Part shown: piece by piece, positions 35,651 to 37,837 of the stretch
Layout: each line of letters begins with the position of its first letter
Position numbering within the stretch: the stretch's first letter is position 1
Origin: a virus
Taxonomy: Duplodnaviria; Caudoviricetes
Reading direction: 5' to 3' (one strand)
IMG/VR virus record: IMGVR_UViG_3300021086_000012
Coordinates: 1-37,837 of that record
Length of the DNA: 37,837 nt
Notes under the pieces: model-generated
The model's input: only the letters and a program-made list of their open reading frames with translations
Told to the model about the DNA's origin: nothing
Database searches by the model: none
Position numbers and translations under genes: made by a program

Positions 35651-35784
35651 CAGCGCTGGTCGTTCGGGTCGTCGCGCTTGTTCTGGTCGATGTTCTGCCG
35701 GCGGGTCTCGGTGCGCTCTTCAGCCGCCTTCTTGGCTGCTGCGTTCTGCGGGCCCGCCGGTTCGATCTCGTCGCGCTTGGCCAT
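35650..35784 (-). CDS. 44-aa charged micro-protein (MAKRDEIEPAGPQ...DDPNDQR)
   Basis: CTGGAG RBS; GC3 bias; not in ORF track. Confidence 0.65.
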   Translation of the reverse strand: MAKRDEIEPAGPQNAAAKKAAEERTETRRQNIDQNKRDDPNDQR

Positions 35785-35802
35785 GTAGATCATCTCCAGA
35801 TG

Positions 35803-35994
35803 TCAGATCCAGCTGCGTCGGAGCAGGTCCAGCCCGTCTTTGCGGAACCTGACCGACTTGCGATTCGTCTCATGCCGGACTTCGGTGCCCGCGGGCAGCT
35901 TGCCCTGCTCGCGCCAGTAGTCCAGCGTGCGCAGCGACACACCGAGGTGCGCCGCGGCTTCCTGCCGCGTGAGCAGGTCCGGTGTGTCCAACAT
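35803..35994 (-). CDS. HTH DNA-binding protein (MerR/excisionase-like, HTH_17 type)
   Basis: LLTRQEAAAHLGVSLRTLDYWREQGKLP...VRFRK. Confidence 0.88.
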   Translation of the reverse strand: MLDTPDLLTRQEAAAHLGVSLRTLDYWREQGKLPAGTEVRHETNRKSVRFRKDGLDLLRRSWI

Positions 35995-36020
35995 GCTGCA
36001 TATCGTAGCAAAACGTTGCA
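35995..36020 (-). promoter_or_regulatory. Probable leaderless promoter of HTH gene with three T/AGCA half-sites
   Basis: TGC-TACGAT 7 nt before ATG; CTGCA/TAGCA/TTGCA at 10-bp period. Confidence 0.65.
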
Positions 36021-36030
36021 TCGTTACGGG

Positions 36031-37803
36031 TTACTTGCGGTAGCAATCAGCCCATGAGCTGCCGTAACCGGACACCTCGGCCTTGATCTGCACCGGGATC
36101 GAGCCGTACGGCGGAGCCCACTCGAACGCGGTGGCCGCCTCGATCACCGCGGACACCTCGGCCACGTCGCGCTCGGGCACCTCGAACACGAACTCGTCGT
36201 GCACCCAGATCCGCAGCATCCGGGCCACTTCGTCCGGCAGCCGCAGCGCGCACTCCATGGTGAGATCCCGAGCGGACCCCTGACCCATCAGCGCCGGCCC
36301 CTGGGTGTGCGCGCGGCGGGGGTTACAGCGCATGATCCGGCCGAATCCGTTGTCCAGCACGCCACCGCGGGCCAGGTCGCGGACGTGGTCGGTCCACCGC
36401 GCCTTGCCGGGGAACATCCGGTCGACCATGCGTTGGAACTGGACGGCTTCCGCCTCGGTCACGCCAGCGTTGGCGGCCAACTTCTCCGGGCCCATGCCGT
36501 AGTTGGACCCATGGCCCATCGGCTTGGCCTTCTCACGGAGCGGGTTGCCAATCATGGGCCCGCCCCACAGAGCCGCGGCGATCTCGCTGTGCAGATCTCG
36601 GCTCGGATCGTTGAACACCGCGATGTAGTCGGGATCCTGCGACAACCCCGCGATAGCCCGCATGTCGATCTGGGCCAGGTCGGCGGCCAGCAGCACGTGA
36701 CCCTCCCGGGCCCGGAACACCTGGCGCTCCACCACCCGGCCGCCTCGCTTGCCGAACACGGTGAGCCCCGGCTCGGTCACCGACCCTCGGCCGCTGGCCT
36801 GGTAGGTAGTGATCTTAGGGTGGACCGCGCCGTCCACGTGGGTGTGCTCCAGCGCCGTGCCGTACACCGTGCGCTGCCCCGCGAGATCGGCCACCACTTC
36901 GGCCAGCTGGGCCACGGCGCCGCCGTAGCGGCCGCCGAGCTCGGCCATGCCGTCGCCACCGAACGACGGCTCGCGCTTGGGTGTGCGGGGGAAGTCCTCG
37001 GGCCGGACGCCGAGCTCCAGGAACGTCCGGTACAGGACCGCCTTTCCTTCCTTGGTGGCCTGCGGGCTCTCGGCCTTCTTACCGTCCGCCTTCACCAGAG
37101 GAAGCCCGTAGCGCTTGATCAACGTCCGGGCCAGGGTGGCCTTGCGGCCGGCGGTCCGCCAATACCGCTGTTGGAGCAGGGGCATGTCCACCATCACGCC
37201 AGGGACGCCCATGAGCGTCAGAATCGCGTGAACGCGGTGTTCCCTCCAGACGTAATCGCCGAGCGCCACAGCGGCCAACTGGGCGGCAGCGAGCGCCCCC
37301 GTGGCGTCGACGTCGCCCCGCAGGTACGCCCGGTAGCGAGCGTCGTCTACCGGGATCCGCTCGAATCCGCCGAACTCCTTAGCCAGCTCGGGCAAGTGAT
37401 CGACCTTGCCAGGCAGCCCGTGCCGCTCGCAAGTGGCGTTGAGCCCATAGCGGGCCATGGCCCGGCCCACCGCGTTGGGCGCGTCGTCGTTCTCGGGCGG
37501 ATCCAGCACCGCTTCGGTGATCATCGTGTCCAGCAGCTGCCGCTTGCGGGTCATGGCCAGCAAGTCGAGCTGCCCGCCCGCGGCGTCCAGCACCGGCACG
37601 TCGAATCCGATGACGTTGTGGCCGATGGCCAGCGGGGAGCTGGCCACCAGCGCGGACAGGGCCCGGGGGTCCGTGGTGTCCACGTAACCGGCGCCGGCGA
37701 CCGCCGCGCCGCCGAGGCGAAAGAAGCCCACGGGGTCGGTGAGCCGATGATCCGACTTGGCGTCGCCGGTCTCGATGTCGAACACCACGGGTGCGCCGCC
37801 CAT
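36031..37803 (-). CDS. polA: DNA polymerase family A with 3'-5' exonuclease
   Basis: ExoI VFDIET, ExoII GHNVIGFD, ExoIII YLRGD; motif A ADLAQIDMR, motif B REKAKPMGHGSNYG, motif C VHDE; TGATG-coupled start. Confidence 0.95.
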   Translation of the reverse strand: MGGAPVVFDIETGDAKSDHRLTDPVGFFRLGGAAVAGAGYVDTTDPRALSALVASSPLAIGHNVIGFDVPVLDAAGGQLDLLAMTRKRQLLDTMITEAVLDPPENDDAPNAVGRAMARYGLNATCERHGLPGKVDHLPELAKEFGGFERIPVDDARYRAYLRGDVDATGALAAAQLAAVALGDYVWREHRVHAILTLMGVPGVMVDMPLLQQRYWRTAGRKATLARTLIKRYGLPLVKADGKKAESPQATKEGKAVLYRTFLELGVRPEDFPRTPKREPSFGGDGMAELGGRYGGAVAQLAEVVADLAGQRTVYGTALEHTHVDGAVHPKITTYQASGRGSVTEPGLTVFGKRGGRVVERQVFRAREGHVLLAADLAQIDMRAIAGLSQDPDYIAVFNDPSRDLHSEIAAALWGGPMIGNPLREKAKPMGHGSNYGMGPEKLAANAGVTEAEAVQFQRMVDRMFPGKARWTDHVRDLARGGVLDNGFGRIMRCNPRRAHTQGPALMGQGSARDLTMECALRLPDEVARMLRIWVHDEFVFEVPERDVAEVSAVIEAATAFEWAPPYGSIPVQIKAEVSGYGSSWADCYRK

Positions 37804-37837
37804 CACCGCCACACCTGCCACTGGGTGGAAATCAGCA
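37707..37837. repeat. Terminal direct repeat, copy 2
   Basis: Matches 1-131 with one mismatch. Confidence 0.97.

Noticed and set aside
35803-35994. Excisionase implying a temperate lifestyle
   Set aside because: No integrase or attP recognised; this HTH type also serves as a general regulator
36031-37803. DpoZ-type (2-aminoadenine) polymerase system
   Set aside because: No purZ, datZ or mazZ-like gene recognised in the genome

Overview
The window is an apparently complete, circularly permuted genome of a high-GC tailed (siphovirus-type) actinobacteriophage. Bases 1-131 repeat 37707-37837 with one mismatch, giving a unit length of about 37,706 bp. Minus-strand arm, continuous across the junction: primase-helicase, small ORF, family A DNA polymerase, HTH regulator, terminase, portal, MuF-like, scaffold, capsid, neck, tail tube, frameshifted tail chaperones, tape measure and minor tail genes. 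A plus-strand island (13971-17838) with glycosyltransferase, methyltransferase and membrane-protein genes splits off a second minus-strand block holding the lysis genes and tail fibre. A plus-strand early block (2911-10499) encodes a Cas4-like exonuclease, SSB-like protein, SNF2 helicase, RuvC-like resolvase and WhiB. I recognised no integrase, parAB, tRNA or CRISPR array. The most striking unexplained element is a ~340-nt highly structured non-coding region (5888-6226). It has its own promoter candidate and two tandem ~90-nt homologous units, each with a T-loop-like hairpin whose stem differs but still pairs. Also notable: a genome-wide TGCA-N6-TGCA operator-like motif, a TCACCTGGAGA start-associated motif, a probable origin next to the primase, a PolA with His762 and an Asp steric gate, and a C2H2-W micro-domain shared by three ORFs. 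All calls come from reading motifs by eye; no database searches or folding calculations were run.
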